From Deltaproteobacteria bacterium (GTDB taxonomy: Bacteria; Myxococcota_A; Polyangia; Fen-1088), in contig JANRKS010000007.1 of NCBI GenBank assembly GCA_033763315.1, forward strand, positions 32,001 through 96,000: DNA of 64,000 bases. The letters are read 5' to 3'. A program made the position numbers and the translations under genes. Shown here piece after piece: positions 8,758 to 18,134 of the stretch. Every line of letters starts with the position of its first letter. Within the stretch, counting starts at the first letter, position 1. Under the pieces are notes generated by a model. The model was not told the origin of the DNA, did not search any database, and saw only the letters and a program-made list of their open reading frames with translations.

Positions 8758-10389
8758 TCAAAAAAAGATGCCCACAGAAACTGTTCCTCGCCAAGACGTC
8801 TGTACCTTTAACGCCGGGGAGATAGACGCGGTGTCGTAAGCCTTAAGCAGGTGGAACGGTCTGGCGCCCTCAAACCTTAGGTAAGCACGAAATCGAAAAG
8901 GGACATCAAGCTGTAAAATGGGGCTCAACTCACCTCCAAGTGAACTCTTTAAGCCCTCTGATGGCGACCTAAAGTAGACAAACGAAGGATGAATTTGCGC
9001 ATTTGTGTACTCAATCAGAGCAATACTTCTTTGTTCGAGTCTGAAAACCCCAGCCTCAATACCGGCGGACAATGTTACGTACTCAAAGTCTTTGGGGTAA
9101 AGCAGCAAGGCGGAAAGATCCCACTGCTCTTGTTCTCGGATGTACGATTCCTTGTGACCCGAAGTCTTGCTTCCAGCGATCCGAGCCTCAAGCGCGAAAC
9201 GACGCCGGTCTTGGCGGTAGGATAAGGTTGTCACCCACGCTGAAATTCCTATCATTGGATCTGTCCGATAGCCCCCGCCGAGCGACGCGCTATGCACGGT
9301 CCGCGGTGCATCTCCCTTTCTCACCATGCGCGCGTAAGTGAGGTGTTTCATCTCGTCGCTGGCCACGATCTCCGTAAGCCCCGCCCGAACCTTGTAGTCG
9401 CCAGCGAGCATGTGGTTGCTTCCTCTCTTCGTCACTTCGTAGCGGCCAGACTCAAGCGCAACCATCGCACCACCTGCGTGCGATGCAATCTCGGCCACAG
9501 GCAAGTTCAAGCCCGCGTCGCCATCGAGCCGGGTCACCGTGTAGCCGCCAGCATCGATGAACTGCAAAGCACCGATGGTTCCGTCTAAGCGGCGAGGGCG
9601 CGTCAACGCCAAGTCCTCGCGGCCGCCCCAGTTCATTCGGAACGTGGGATGTTGAGGGCCAGCCTCCGTGCGCAATGTGGCCGACATGGTCTCGCGGGAC
9701 GAGAAGTCGAACGCCTCCGAGACCGTGACAACCCCATCGCCGTTGGCGTCGCCAGCGCCGCGCATCGCAGACACGAAGAAGTGCGAGAAGAACGATGCTT
9801 TAAGAGACTCGGCTTCTTGTGAATCTTCGTGTGCAGCGCTTGAGGTTAAGATTGCAAAGCCTTTCGGCAACGGTTGAGCCTGCAAAGCCACCTCGAAAGC
9901 CGGCGTCGGGCGGCCTCCCTTCACGCGCGTGGCGGTGCCGGACCGGCAGGAATCAATAACAAGCACCCTGGTTGCCGCTGATGATCCCTCAACGAGCAGG
10001 CGCATTTCTTCCACATGAAGTTGTGTGCCCGCCATTTTGAGATGGTTGCCGTCGGCGTGTCCCGAGTAGTACACAAACAACACAGCCTCATCGGCGCGCT
10101 CGCGAATACGTGCGTTCAACCTGTGCAGAGTGTCTCGCACATCTGCAGCGCGCACGCCGTTCAAAAGCAACACTTGATCAGGCGGAAAGTCGCCCACGTC
10201 TCGCAAGGTCTGCGCCACATTTTGAGCGTCACGTTCAGCGTACCGCAGACGCGGCTCCGTTCCGTCACCGATATTTGCACCGACAACCACCGCAAAGCGC
10301 GCCGCATGGCGATCTTCAGCGCCGCTCGCCAGCGAGGCGTGGCAAGCCAGCGACGCCACCACCACAACGCCTAAAGGGTTGCCAAGCAT
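8758..10389 (-). CDS. Exported caspase-family (peptidase C14) protein with probable C-terminal outer-membrane beta-barrel
   Basis: Hydrophobic N-terminus; RFAVVVGAN...LRYAERDA; catalytic dyad YYSGHAD and IDSCRSG; GAGDANGDGVVT; C-terminus GTVSVGIFF resembles a beta-signal. ATG overlaps upstream TGA (TGATG). Confidence 0.88.
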   Translation of the reverse strand: MLGNPLGVVVVASLACHASLASGAEDRHAARFAVVVGANIGDGTEPRLRYAERDAQNVAQTLRDVGDFPPDQVLLLNGVRAADVRDTLHRLNARIRERADEAVLFVYYSGHADGNHLKMAGTQLHVEEMRLLVEGSSAATRVLVIDSCRSGTATRVKGGRPTPAFEVALQAQPLPKGFAILTSSAAHEDSQEAESLKASFFSHFFVSAMRGAGDANGDGVVTVSEAFDFSSRETMSATLRTEAGPQHPTFRMNWGGREDLALTRPRRLDGTIGALQFIDAGGYTVTRLDGDAGLNLPVAEIASHAGGAMVALESGRYEVTKRGSNHMLAGDYKVRAGLTEIVASDEMKHLTYARMVRKGDAPRTVHSASLGGGYRTDPMIGISAWVTTLSYRQDRRRFALEARIAGSKTSGHKESYIREQEQWDLSALLLYPKDFEYVTLSAGIEAGVFRLEQRSIALIEYTNAQIHPSFVYFRSPSEGLKSSLGGELSPILQLDVPFRFRAYLRFEGARPFHLLKAYDTASISPALKVQTSWRGTVSVGIFF

Positions 10390-11120
10390 CACAAGCCAAC
10401 TCGTTTGTTGAAGTTCACACGAGTCGTGCGGCAACCAAACGGCGCGACGTCGAGGTTGCGGCGCAAGGCAACTGTCAGCGTTTCGATCTCTTGTCTTTCT
10501 TCGCAGAGAAACAGAAGGAGGCTTTCAGCACCTGCGGCATTGTCTAAAACGACCGCATCAGGCAGCAGAATCTTGTCCGACGTTGTTAGTGCGTACAACC
10601 AGCCCTTCGGAGGAGCCAACGCGGACACGGTGCCTGTACCGTCGATGCCGATTACCCCCACGAATCCCGGCGCCGGAGAAGACACTTCAAAACGCAAGCG
10701 ATCCCCCGCTGCAAGTTCATCGCCCTCCAGTAAACGCTCAACCGGTTTGGTACCGCCCTTAACAAGCACGTCGAGGTGCAGACCAGAAGCCTTGCGACGA
10801 ACGTTTTGTACCGACGAGAACGGCAATGCATCACGCACCGGCGTCGGGGTCGGGACAAATAGCAACCCCACCACCGCCGCGACCGCAAGCAACGACAACG
10901 CTGTGGCCCTGCGCGCGCCTGCCGGCCGCAGAGGCTTCACCACCTCCCAAGCTGGAGCGGGAACGCGTGCCTGCCTAACGAAGGCCGCACAGCCTTCGCA
11001 TCCCTGCAGATGCTTCGCCACGAATATGGCACGCGAGTCATCGGTGAGTTCTCCTTGCGTGTATCGATCCAAAAGGTATTCCGAAGGGCACGAGCGCCTT
11101 GTTGAGCTGTCAGCGGTCAT
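10389..11120 (-). CDS. Zinc-binding membrane anti-sigma factor with DUF4384-like periplasmic domain (ActD-like)
   Basis: HLQGCEGC (HxxxCxxC), one TM (ALSLLAVAAVVGLLFVP), then GDELAAGDRLRFEV...LPDAVVLDNAAGAE. TGATG coupling to the sigma gene. Confidence 0.8.
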   Translation of the reverse strand: MTADSSTRRSCPSEYLLDRYTQGELTDDSRAIFVAKHLQGCEGCAAFVRQARVPAPAWEVVKPLRPAGARRATALSLLAVAAVVGLLFVPTPTPVRDALPFSSVQNVRRKASGLHLDVLVKGGTKPVERLLEGDELAAGDRLRFEVSSPAPGFVGVIGIDGTGTVSALAPPKGWLYALTTSDKILLPDAVVLDNAAGAESLLLFLCEERQEIETLTVALRRNLDVAPFGCRTTRVNFNKRVGL

Positions 11121-11620
11121 CAGTTCTTCCCTCGGCTTTGGCAGGCGTGGCTGGGCTCGTCAGCCCACAAACAAGCAAGAACGATCTTGAGATCAGCGAT
11201 GCGGCTGCACACGGTTCTTTGTGACACCCCGAGCAACTCTGCGATTTCTTCCTGCGTCATCTCGTCGACGTAGTAGTGCAAGGCCAACGTTTGCAAGTCG
11301 GGAGGCACACCGCGGAGCAGTACACCCAACGGCGGTCCACTTGGCTGCACCGGCGATTGCAACGTCTGCAGCAACATTGAATGCTTGCCCGCGTCCCTTA
11401 GAAGATTAAGGCAATGGTTCGTTGTGACGCGGTAGAACCACCCCACGTTCACTTCATAGAGGCTGTCGGCCCGCCCCATCAACGCCAGGAACACCTCGTG
11501 GCAAACGTCCCTCGCGAGGGCGTCGTTGCGCAATAGTTTACGGGCCCTTCGATACACGAGGTTGCCGTATCTATCGTAAAGCGCGGCCAGCTTGAGCCGT
11601 CGGTCGTCCTCTAACGCCAT
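11120..11620 (-). CDS. ECF RNA polymerase sigma factor
   Basis: Region 2 LYDRYGNLVYRRARKLLRNDALARDVCHEVF...WFYRVTTNHCLNLLR; region 4 YYVDEMTQEEIAELLGVSQRTV. Start at ATG 11620. Confidence 0.9.
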   Translation of the reverse strand: MALEDDRRLKLAALYDRYGNLVYRRARKLLRNDALARDVCHEVFLALMGRADSLYEVNVGWFYRVTTNHCLNLLRDAGKHSMLLQTLQSPVQPSGPPLGVLLRGVPPDLQTLALHYYVDEMTQEEIAELLGVSQRTVCSRIADLKIVLACLWADEPSHACQSRGKN

Positions 11621-11760
11621 TTTCAGAGGAGTAAAACACCTAGGACGAACATTTTTAGAAGCCGAAAGACGTTTTTCTTTTCTGAGCCTGCAAACAGCAG
11701 GAGGCCCGCCAAGCAAGCCTGGGCCAGGCGACGGCCATCGGTCATAATGCCCGGCTGCAC

Positions 11761-13290
11761 GTGAGCCAGTCCCCCTCCCCCACTTCCGCAACGGCCTCCA
11801 AGCATGGCGCCAGCGACGCGCGCTACGCCTTTCGCGGCGGGCTTGTGCAGTTGCTCGGAATCTTGGGGCAAGCCTTCATGACTCTGCAGGGAGTCATCGT
11901 GCCGCGTCTATTTGGGCCCACGGCCTATGGACTTTACAGCGGTCTGCGCGATCTGGTTGAGATTCTGGCGCGGGCGGCCTGCCTCGGCACCGACAAGGGC
12001 CTTTACCGGTTCGTGGCAGGCCACTGCGCTGCCGGCGAGCCGGAGCGAGCCGCAGATGCGACCGCGGTTGCATTGCGCATCACAGCCGTCACGGGTGTGG
12101 TGCTAGCGGGCGTGGCAGCTGTGGCGGCGCCTTTCATTGCAAAAGTGTTTCATCGTCCCGAGGTCGCGGGGCTGTTGCCATTCATCGCGCCCGCGATCTT
12201 TGGCCTTTCTATGACATTCACGGCTGTGGCTGCGTCGCTTGGCTACAAGCGTCCCAAGGCACAATTGCACGTGCGCGGCATCGCAGAGCCCTTGCTTTTG
12301 GTGGGCGCAACCGCCGTGGCAGGCGTTGTGCTTCCCAGGATCACAACTTTGGCCGTGATTCATGGGGCTGTCTATTTCGTCATTGCGTGGTTCGCCGTGA
12401 GCCGCCTGCCACGAGATGTGTACGCGAGTCTGTGGTCTCGCCTTCGCCACGCTCGCTATCCGGGCTTGCTCGCCTTTTCACTACCTGTGGCGGCACTTGA
12501 GTTGACCAACATCGTCCGGCACCGCGTGGACGGCATGGTTGTGTTTGCGATGTTTCCACCCAAGACGGCCGCGCTATACTTCGCTAGTGAAACGATTGGC
12601 CGCATCGCTGCCAATATCCGCTACGCGTTTGACGGGATTGTGGCGCCGATGTTCTCAGAAGCCATTCACACCCACGATCGGCTCCGTCTGCAGAACTCCT
12701 ACCGCGTTCTCACGCGCATGGTTGCCACGTTGTCGTTTCCGCTTGCCATGTCGCTGATCAGTTTGCGGGAGCGGCTGGTGTTGCTTTCCGGCGATGCGTT
12801 TGCCTCGGCGGCCATGCTTGTGCCGTTTCATGTCAGCGGACATCTGGCGAATGGCGTGCTTGGCCTCGCGGGCCACGTTCTCATGATGGCGGGGCGAACT
12901 CGCTGGCTTTTGATCAATCAATTGATCGCTGCCGGCGTCAACATACTCGCTTGCGTGCTCCTCATCCCTCGCTTCGGCCTGCTGGGCGCCGCTTATGCTT
13001 TTCTTCTGGGTTGGGCGGTGTCGCTCGGCACCACGCTGGTTGAGGTCGCCATCGTTGAACGCGTTCAGCCGTTTGGCGCAGGGCTATTTAAGCCGGGCGC
13101 TGCCGCCGTGCTCATGTATCTGGCGCAGCGGCAGGCCCAGCACATAGACAATGTGTTCATCAATGTCGGTGTAACTTTACTTGGCGGTCTCGCTGTTTAT
13201 GCGACGTCCTTGGTTGCCCTCGGCCTTGACCCCACCGAGAAGGCTGCCGTGGCAAAACAATGGCAACGGCTCCGGCGGAGGTCCGAATGA
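11761..13290 (+). CDS. Polysaccharide flippase (Wzx/MATE-like)
   Basis: About 12-14 TM segments; RLFGPTAYGLY, APMFSE, LIPRFGLLGAA. Confidence 0.85.
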   Translation: MSQSPSPTSATASKHGASDARYAFRGGLVQLLGILGQAFMTLQGVIVPRLFGPTAYGLYSGLRDLVEILARAACLGTDKGLYRFVAGHCAAGEPERAADATAVALRITAVTGVVLAGVAAVAAPFIAKVFHRPEVAGLLPFIAPAIFGLSMTFTAVAASLGYKRPKAQLHVRGIAEPLLLVGATAVAGVVLPRITTLAVIHGAVYFVIAWFAVSRLPRDVYASLWSRLRHARYPGLLAFSLPVAALELTNIVRHRVDGMVVFAMFPPKTAALYFASETIGRIAANIRYAFDGIVAPMFSEAIHTHDRLRLQNSYRVLTRMVATLSFPLAMSLISLRERLVLLSGDAFASAAMLVPFHVSGHLANGVLGLAGHVLMMAGRTRWLLINQLIAAGVNILACVLLIPRFGLLGAAYAFLLGWAVSLGTTLVEVAIVERVQPFGAGLFKPGAAAVLMYLAQRQAQHIDNVFINVGVTLLGGLAVYATSLVALGLDPTEKAAVAKQWQRLRRRSE

Positions 13291-14363
13291 CGACGGCGTT
13301 AACGCGAACCACCCCACCTCGCGTGTTGTTTTTCCTGCAAGGGCAAAACGTGCCGTCGAGCCGGTTTCGCGTCGCCCAATTCATCCCGCATTTCGAGAGC
13401 CACGGCATTGCCTGCACAGTTCGTGCTCCCTATCCAAGTTTGCAAGGAGACGTCAAAGCGCGGTTCTTCCATGGCTGGCGGCGTCAGTTCACGCGGCCGT
13501 TAAGTGTGGGCGTGCGGCTTAGCCAAATGAAAGGCATAAGGAATCACGATCTCGTGTACTTGCAGCGACCTCTGCTGAGTTACTACACAACGGCGCTCGA
13601 AGAAGTTGTGTGCCGCCTTCGACCGGCGATCTTCGATATAGACGATGCGATCTTTCACAACTTCTTTGGCTGGGAGCGCTTCAAGATCAAACGCATCGTG
13701 AAGCTTTGCCGGCATCTGGTGGCGGGCAATCAATACTTGGCCGATTTTTTCGAGGCGCCCCACAAGACAACCATCATACCCACTGTGGTTGATGCAGAGC
13801 GATTCGTCGTTCGACCTGAACCGCCGGAGGACCAACCCTTCACGATTGTGTGGACAGGGCTGTCATCAAATCTAAAGGAACTGGCGCCGGTGCTGCCTGG
13901 AATCAAGGCCGCGCTCGACGAGACCCGCGGGCGGCTTGTGGTCGTCGCCGATCGGCTCGACGAAGATGTTGTGCGCGGCTTGCCCGTTGACTTTGTCAAA
14001 TGGTCTCCCGAAACCGAGGTGCAAGCCTTGGGTCGTGCGCACGTGGGCATCATGCCCCTGCGGGATACACCCTATAACCGAGGCAAGTGCGGCTTTAAGC
14101 TGATCCAGTACATGGCGCGAGGCATGTGCGTGGTGGCTGCGCCGGTGGGCGCCAACGTAGAGATCGTGCGCGCTCACAAAGATGGTCTGCTTGCCAACAG
14201 CTCCGATGATTGGGCCGACGCGCTCGTCAGCTTGGCTCGCGATCGGGATATGCGCCATCGCATGGGCCAATCGGGCCGAGAACGCGTTGAACAACGTTAC
14301 AGCATCAAAGCCGTGCTTCCGCAGTTTCTCGATTTGTTCGCACGCTTCGGTGCAGGCGCGTAA
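13287..14363 (+). CDS. GT4 glycosyltransferase
   Basis: PSSRFRVAQF, FDIDDAIF, GIMPLRDTPYNRGKCGFKLIQYMARG. ATGA overlap with the flippase. Confidence 0.88.
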   Translation: MTTALTRTTPPRVLFFLQGQNVPSSRFRVAQFIPHFESHGIACTVRAPYPSLQGDVKARFFHGWRRQFTRPLSVGVRLSQMKGIRNHDLVYLQRPLLSYYTTALEEVVCRLRPAIFDIDDAIFHNFFGWERFKIKRIVKLCRHLVAGNQYLADFFEAPHKTTIIPTVVDAERFVVRPEPPEDQPFTIVWTGLSSNLKELAPVLPGIKAALDETRGRLVVVADRLDEDVVRGLPVDFVKWSPETEVQALGRAHVGIMPLRDTPYNRGKCGFKLIQYMARGMCVVAAPVGANVEIVRAHKDGLLANSSDDWADALVSLARDRDMRHRMGQSGRERVEQRYSIKAVLPQFLDLFARFGAGA

Positions 14364-15870
14364 CAATGCGCTCACTCACGCGCAGAGCGTTGGCTGCAAT
14401 CGTGAGGCTGGGATTCACGCCGGCCGCCGTGGGCATCACGCTGCCGTCCGTGACGAAGACATTCGGTACACCGTGAAGGGCGCAATCGACGTCCAACACA
14501 GACTTCTTGGGATCAACGCCCATGCGTGCGGTGCCCACCGCATGTGAGAAGCTATCCACAAGGTTGACCTTGCCCACCAAGCCTCCGGCCTTCCGCAAGA
14601 TCTTGCGCGCGGCTTTGATCAGTTGGTGCCGCCGCCTCAGATCGTTTTCAGAATAGCTATGCTCGATGCTTGTGACCGGCAGGCCTAAGTCATCCAAACG
14701 TTCTGACAAGAAAACGCGGTTGTTGACCTGTGGATCGTCTTCCGCGATGCATATCAGCGTTTGAATGTGATTCGCCACCGTGTGTGCAGCGACGCGAAAG
14801 CCCTTCGGCGCTAAAACGCGCACAACCTCGGGCGGCGGCATCATCATATCCTGGATGACCCCCACGGCGCGCCCTGTGGCCGCGCGTTCGAATTCATACA
14901 AGTCGCTGATGCAGACTTGTTTGTGGTTGAGCTTTTGCGGATTGGTCGCGAAGGGAAACACATACCCCACCATCGCGTTGCAATGCCGCATGAGGTTGCG
15001 CCCCAGAAGGTTCGAGCGGTCGGTGGACTGCAAGCCGGAGCGCAAGAGTACGGCCGGTGTTTGCACGGCGCCAGCAGCCACCACGACAGCATCTGCCGTG
15101 ACTGTGTATTGTTTACCGGTGTGTTTGTCGTGAACCAACACGCCGCGTGCAAGGTGTCCCTCGGTGAGAATGCGCAACACCGTAGCGCCGGCGACGATTG
15201 TTAAGAAATTGTGATCCGCGTTCGCAAGAAACGTCATCGCGACGTCGTTTTTCGCGCTCACTTTGCACGGGAAGCCATCGCACGTTGAGCACCGCATGCA
15301 AGCCGTGCCGCGGCTGCCTTGAAAGTCAATCGCTGTCGGCACCGAGAACGGGTGAAAGCCAGCAGCTTTCGCCGCTTTGAAGATACGTTCGGCGGGCGGC
15401 GTCAGTGGCTGCGCTGGCAGTGGGTAAGGGGCGGACCGCGGCGGCTCGGTGGGATCCTCGCCGGCGTTGCCGTGCACCCCCAACAACCGCTCCGCCCGGG
15501 CGTAAAACGGTTCGAGATCCGCATAACGCAAAGGCCACTCGGCGAAATCAGTTTCGCGTAAGCGTAGGGCAGCGCCACCGAAGAAGACTGAATTGCCACC
15601 CACAACAGCGTTGAGCACAACGTCTTTCGCCGCGCGGTCATATTGCGCAATGCTGACAGGAGAGTCCGCCCTGTATCGCCCCTCCAGCAAGATCTTGCTG
15701 CCACTCCAATCGTCGTCGTCGCGCAACGGCCAGGGGCCGCGCTCAAGCAGCAGCGTCTTAACACCGGCTCGCGATAAGTCGTAAGCTGCGGCACCGCCGC
15801 CGAAGCCCGAACCCACGATGACAACATCGTAGTGTTCATCCAAAGGTTTGCTGCGCCCCTCCTGCCCCAT
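14305..15870 (-). CDS. GMC family FAD-dependent oxidoreductase
   Basis: YDVVIVGSGFGG, VGGNSVFFGG, CMRCSTCDGFPC, HAVGTARMG, DGSVMPTAAGVNPSLTIAANALR. Start uncertain (15870 or 15894); 59-bp convergent overlap with the GT4 gene. Confidence 0.9.
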   Translation of the reverse strand: MGQEGRSKPLDEHYDVVIVGSGFGGGAAAYDLSRAGVKTLLLERGPWPLRDDDDWSGSKILLEGRYRADSPVSIAQYDRAAKDVVLNAVVGGNSVFFGGAALRLRETDFAEWPLRYADLEPFYARAERLLGVHGNAGEDPTEPPRSAPYPLPAQPLTPPAERIFKAAKAAGFHPFSVPTAIDFQGSRGTACMRCSTCDGFPCKVSAKNDVAMTFLANADHNFLTIVAGATVLRILTEGHLARGVLVHDKHTGKQYTVTADAVVVAAGAVQTPAVLLRSGLQSTDRSNLLGRNLMRHCNAMVGYVFPFATNPQKLNHKQVCISDLYEFERAATGRAVGVIQDMMMPPPEVVRVLAPKGFRVAAHTVANHIQTLICIAEDDPQVNNRVFLSERLDDLGLPVTSIEHSYSENDLRRRHQLIKAARKILRKAGGLVGKVNLVDSFSHAVGTARMGVDPKKSVLDVDCALHGVPNVFVTDGSVMPTAAGVNPSLTIAANALRVSERIVTRLHRSVRTNRETAEARL

Positions 15871-15880
15871 GTGCCTTCGA

Positions 15881-17044
15881 TTATAGAAGATCATGCTCTT
15901 CGCGCCGCCCGTGGCGCCGCAAAAGCTCGTCGTAGATGGCAACAGTTTGGTCAACGACGTGTAGCGGCGTCGGCGCAAAACGCGCGCGCATATGCTGGGC
16001 CGCGGCAGCGCCTCGGGAAATCAGGTCTACGCGAGGCATCGTAAAAACATCCGCCAACGCCTCCACAAGAGGCGCCTGTTTGAACGTTGGAACTTCCCAT
16101 CCACTGGTTCCGGGTTCGACTATCCCGTCCACGTTAGCCGCATGCGACAGAACGGCCGGTAAACCGCAGGCGCAGCCCTCAAGAGCCGCATTCGCCAGTC
16201 CCTCATACAAAGACGGCATCACCAGAACATCTGAAGCCCAATAAAGTGATCGCATGTCCTTTTGCGCGCCCAACAATCGCACGTGCGGCTTCAGCTCGGG
16301 CGACTGAGCCAACGACGCAACCCACCGCGATGCGATGGGATCGCGATTTCGTCCGGCGAGGAGGAGCACAATGTTGCTTGGAAGACGCCGCTGCTTTGCC
16401 AAGGACCGCAAAGCGCGCAGGAGCCCAATCTGATGCTTTTGCACCCCAACCCTTCCCGGCAGCAGCAGCACCAGATCGCCATCGCTCACGTTCCACCGAA
16501 CGCGCGCTTCGGCTTTCTCGCCCGGTGTGGGTGGCCGAAAGAAGTTCACGTCGAGAATGTTGTGTATGACGCGAATCTTTGCGGCTGGCACCCGGGCATA
16601 GCGAGTGAGCTCATACTTCACGCCTTCAGAATTCGTTAAAATGACCTGGGTGCCGCGTGACATCCACTTCTCGATAAGGAGGTACCGAAGCTGCATCATG
16701 CGGTTGCGGCAAGATGTGATCAGAACGCGCACGCCCGCACGCCGGGCCGCAAGCCGCATCCAGAAGTTCGCTTTGTCGCGGTAGGAGTGAACGATGTCAG
16801 GCTGTTCCGCCTTCAAGATCTCCGTCAGTTTCCGCAACGCCGAGATCCCCATGCGCTTGACGCCCAAACTGTGCCGCGGTTGCCCCGGCAGCAGACGATC
16901 GTCGAAGAAGATCCCCTCGTCGTTGTAGACGCACAGAATGGGCTCGAACCGTTCGGGCAGATTCCTGATCATTTCGAGGATCTGTCGCTCGGGTCCCCCT
17001 TGCTGTAGGTTGGGGATGAAATAGAGGATTTTGGTACGACGCAT
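15881..17044 (-). CDS. GT4 glycosyltransferase
   Basis: KILYFIPNLQQGGPERQ, PDIVHS, DVLVMPSLYEGLANAALEGCACGLPAV. Confidence 0.88.
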   Translation of the reverse strand: MRRTKILYFIPNLQQGGPERQILEMIRNLPERFEPILCVYNDEGIFFDDRLLPGQPRHSLGVKRMGISALRKLTEILKAEQPDIVHSYRDKANFWMRLAARRAGVRVLITSCRNRMMQLRYLLIEKWMSRGTQVILTNSEGVKYELTRYARVPAAKIRVIHNILDVNFFRPPTPGEKAEARVRWNVSDGDLVLLLPGRVGVQKHQIGLLRALRSLAKQRRLPSNIVLLLAGRNRDPIASRWVASLAQSPELKPHVRLLGAQKDMRSLYWASDVLVMPSLYEGLANAALEGCACGLPAVLSHAANVDGIVEPGTSGWEVPTFKQAPLVEALADVFTMPRVDLISRGAAAAQHMRARFAPTPLHVVDQTVAIYDELLRRHGRREEHDLL

Positions 17045-18077
17045 GGAAGCAGGATCTCAGTTCAGCGTATGTTTCTTGGGTTGTGGGCAGATCAACCTAC
17101 GACACATCAAGATTCTGCGGAAACTCAAGCCAAACGCAACGGTGGCCGTGGCCAGCCGCTCCGCCGACGTGGCGAAAGACTATGCGAGCAAAGTCGCCGC
17201 GCACACTTTCTTTGGCTCGTATGAGGAGGCAGTGGCGGCGGGGCATGACCTTTACGTTGTCGGCACGATCCCTAGCAGCCACTTCTCATTGGTAAAGGCG
17301 ATCGTGCAAGGCGGGCACCATTGTTTGGTGGAAAAGCCCGCGTTTAACAGCCTTGCCGAATTTCAAACACTCTGGCCGTCCCTCTTGGCAAGCCGCGGCG
17401 TGTTCATGGTCGCGGAGAACCTTCACTTCGCACCCTTTCAGCACAAGCTGAAGCGCCTACTTGGAGATTCGGAGTTAGGCCAGCCATTGTTTTTGGATCT
17501 CGTGCGGCTAGGCCGATCCAAACCGAAAGGCTGGCGCATAGATCCGGTAGAGATGCCGTTGGGGGCCCTTCACGAAGGCGGCGTGCACTGGATACGTCGC
17601 TTGCTGGATTTGGCCTCAGTGTTCGAGCCCGACGGCAGCGCAGGCATCGTAGACGTCACAGCGTTTGCACCACCTAAGCCGCTGACAGCGACGCCACACG
17701 AAGACACGATGATGGTGGTCACGCGGCACAAGTCAGGCCTTACATCTCGCCTCCTTCACACGTGGGCCCTGCCGTGGCGCTTTTTGCCTTTCGATGTATC
17801 AAAGCTTCACGCGGAACACGGCGCGGTCTACTTCGACGCGCGGGGCATTTATGGTCGCAAGTATGGCCCCCGTGGCAAACAACTGATCTTACCGAACATC
17901 ACCGATGCGGGAGGATACGAAGCCATGTGGCGCAATCTGCTGAATGCCATCGCCACCGGCACGCAGCCCGCCCTTTCTTTGCAAACGATCTACCAGGACT
18001 TTGCATTCATGGATGCGGCATACAGATCGAAGACGTCGGGGCGCCCTGAACGTTTGCTGCCAGCCGTGGCTTCTTAG
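17043..18077 (+). CDS. Gfo/Idh/MocA family oxidoreductase
   Basis: VCFLGCGQI Rossmann start, HCLVEKP, GALHEGGVHW. Confidence 0.85.
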   Translation: MEAGSQFSVCFLGCGQINLRHIKILRKLKPNATVAVASRSADVAKDYASKVAAHTFFGSYEEAVAAGHDLYVVGTIPSSHFSLVKAIVQGGHHCLVEKPAFNSLAEFQTLWPSLLASRGVFMVAENLHFAPFQHKLKRLLGDSELGQPLFLDLVRLGRSKPKGWRIDPVEMPLGALHEGGVHWIRRLLDLASVFEPDGSAGIVDVTAFAPPKPLTATPHEDTMMVVTRHKSGLTSRLLHTWALPWRFLPFDVSKLHAEHGAVYFDARGIYGRKYGPRGKQLILPNITDAGGYEAMWRNLLNAIATGTQPALSLQTIYQDFAFMDAAYRSKTSGRPERLLPAVAS

Positions 18078-18134
18078 AACGAGCGTCATCGCCACTTTTT
18101 CTGCCGAGCCTCGTATGCGGCCGCCAAGCAGCGA

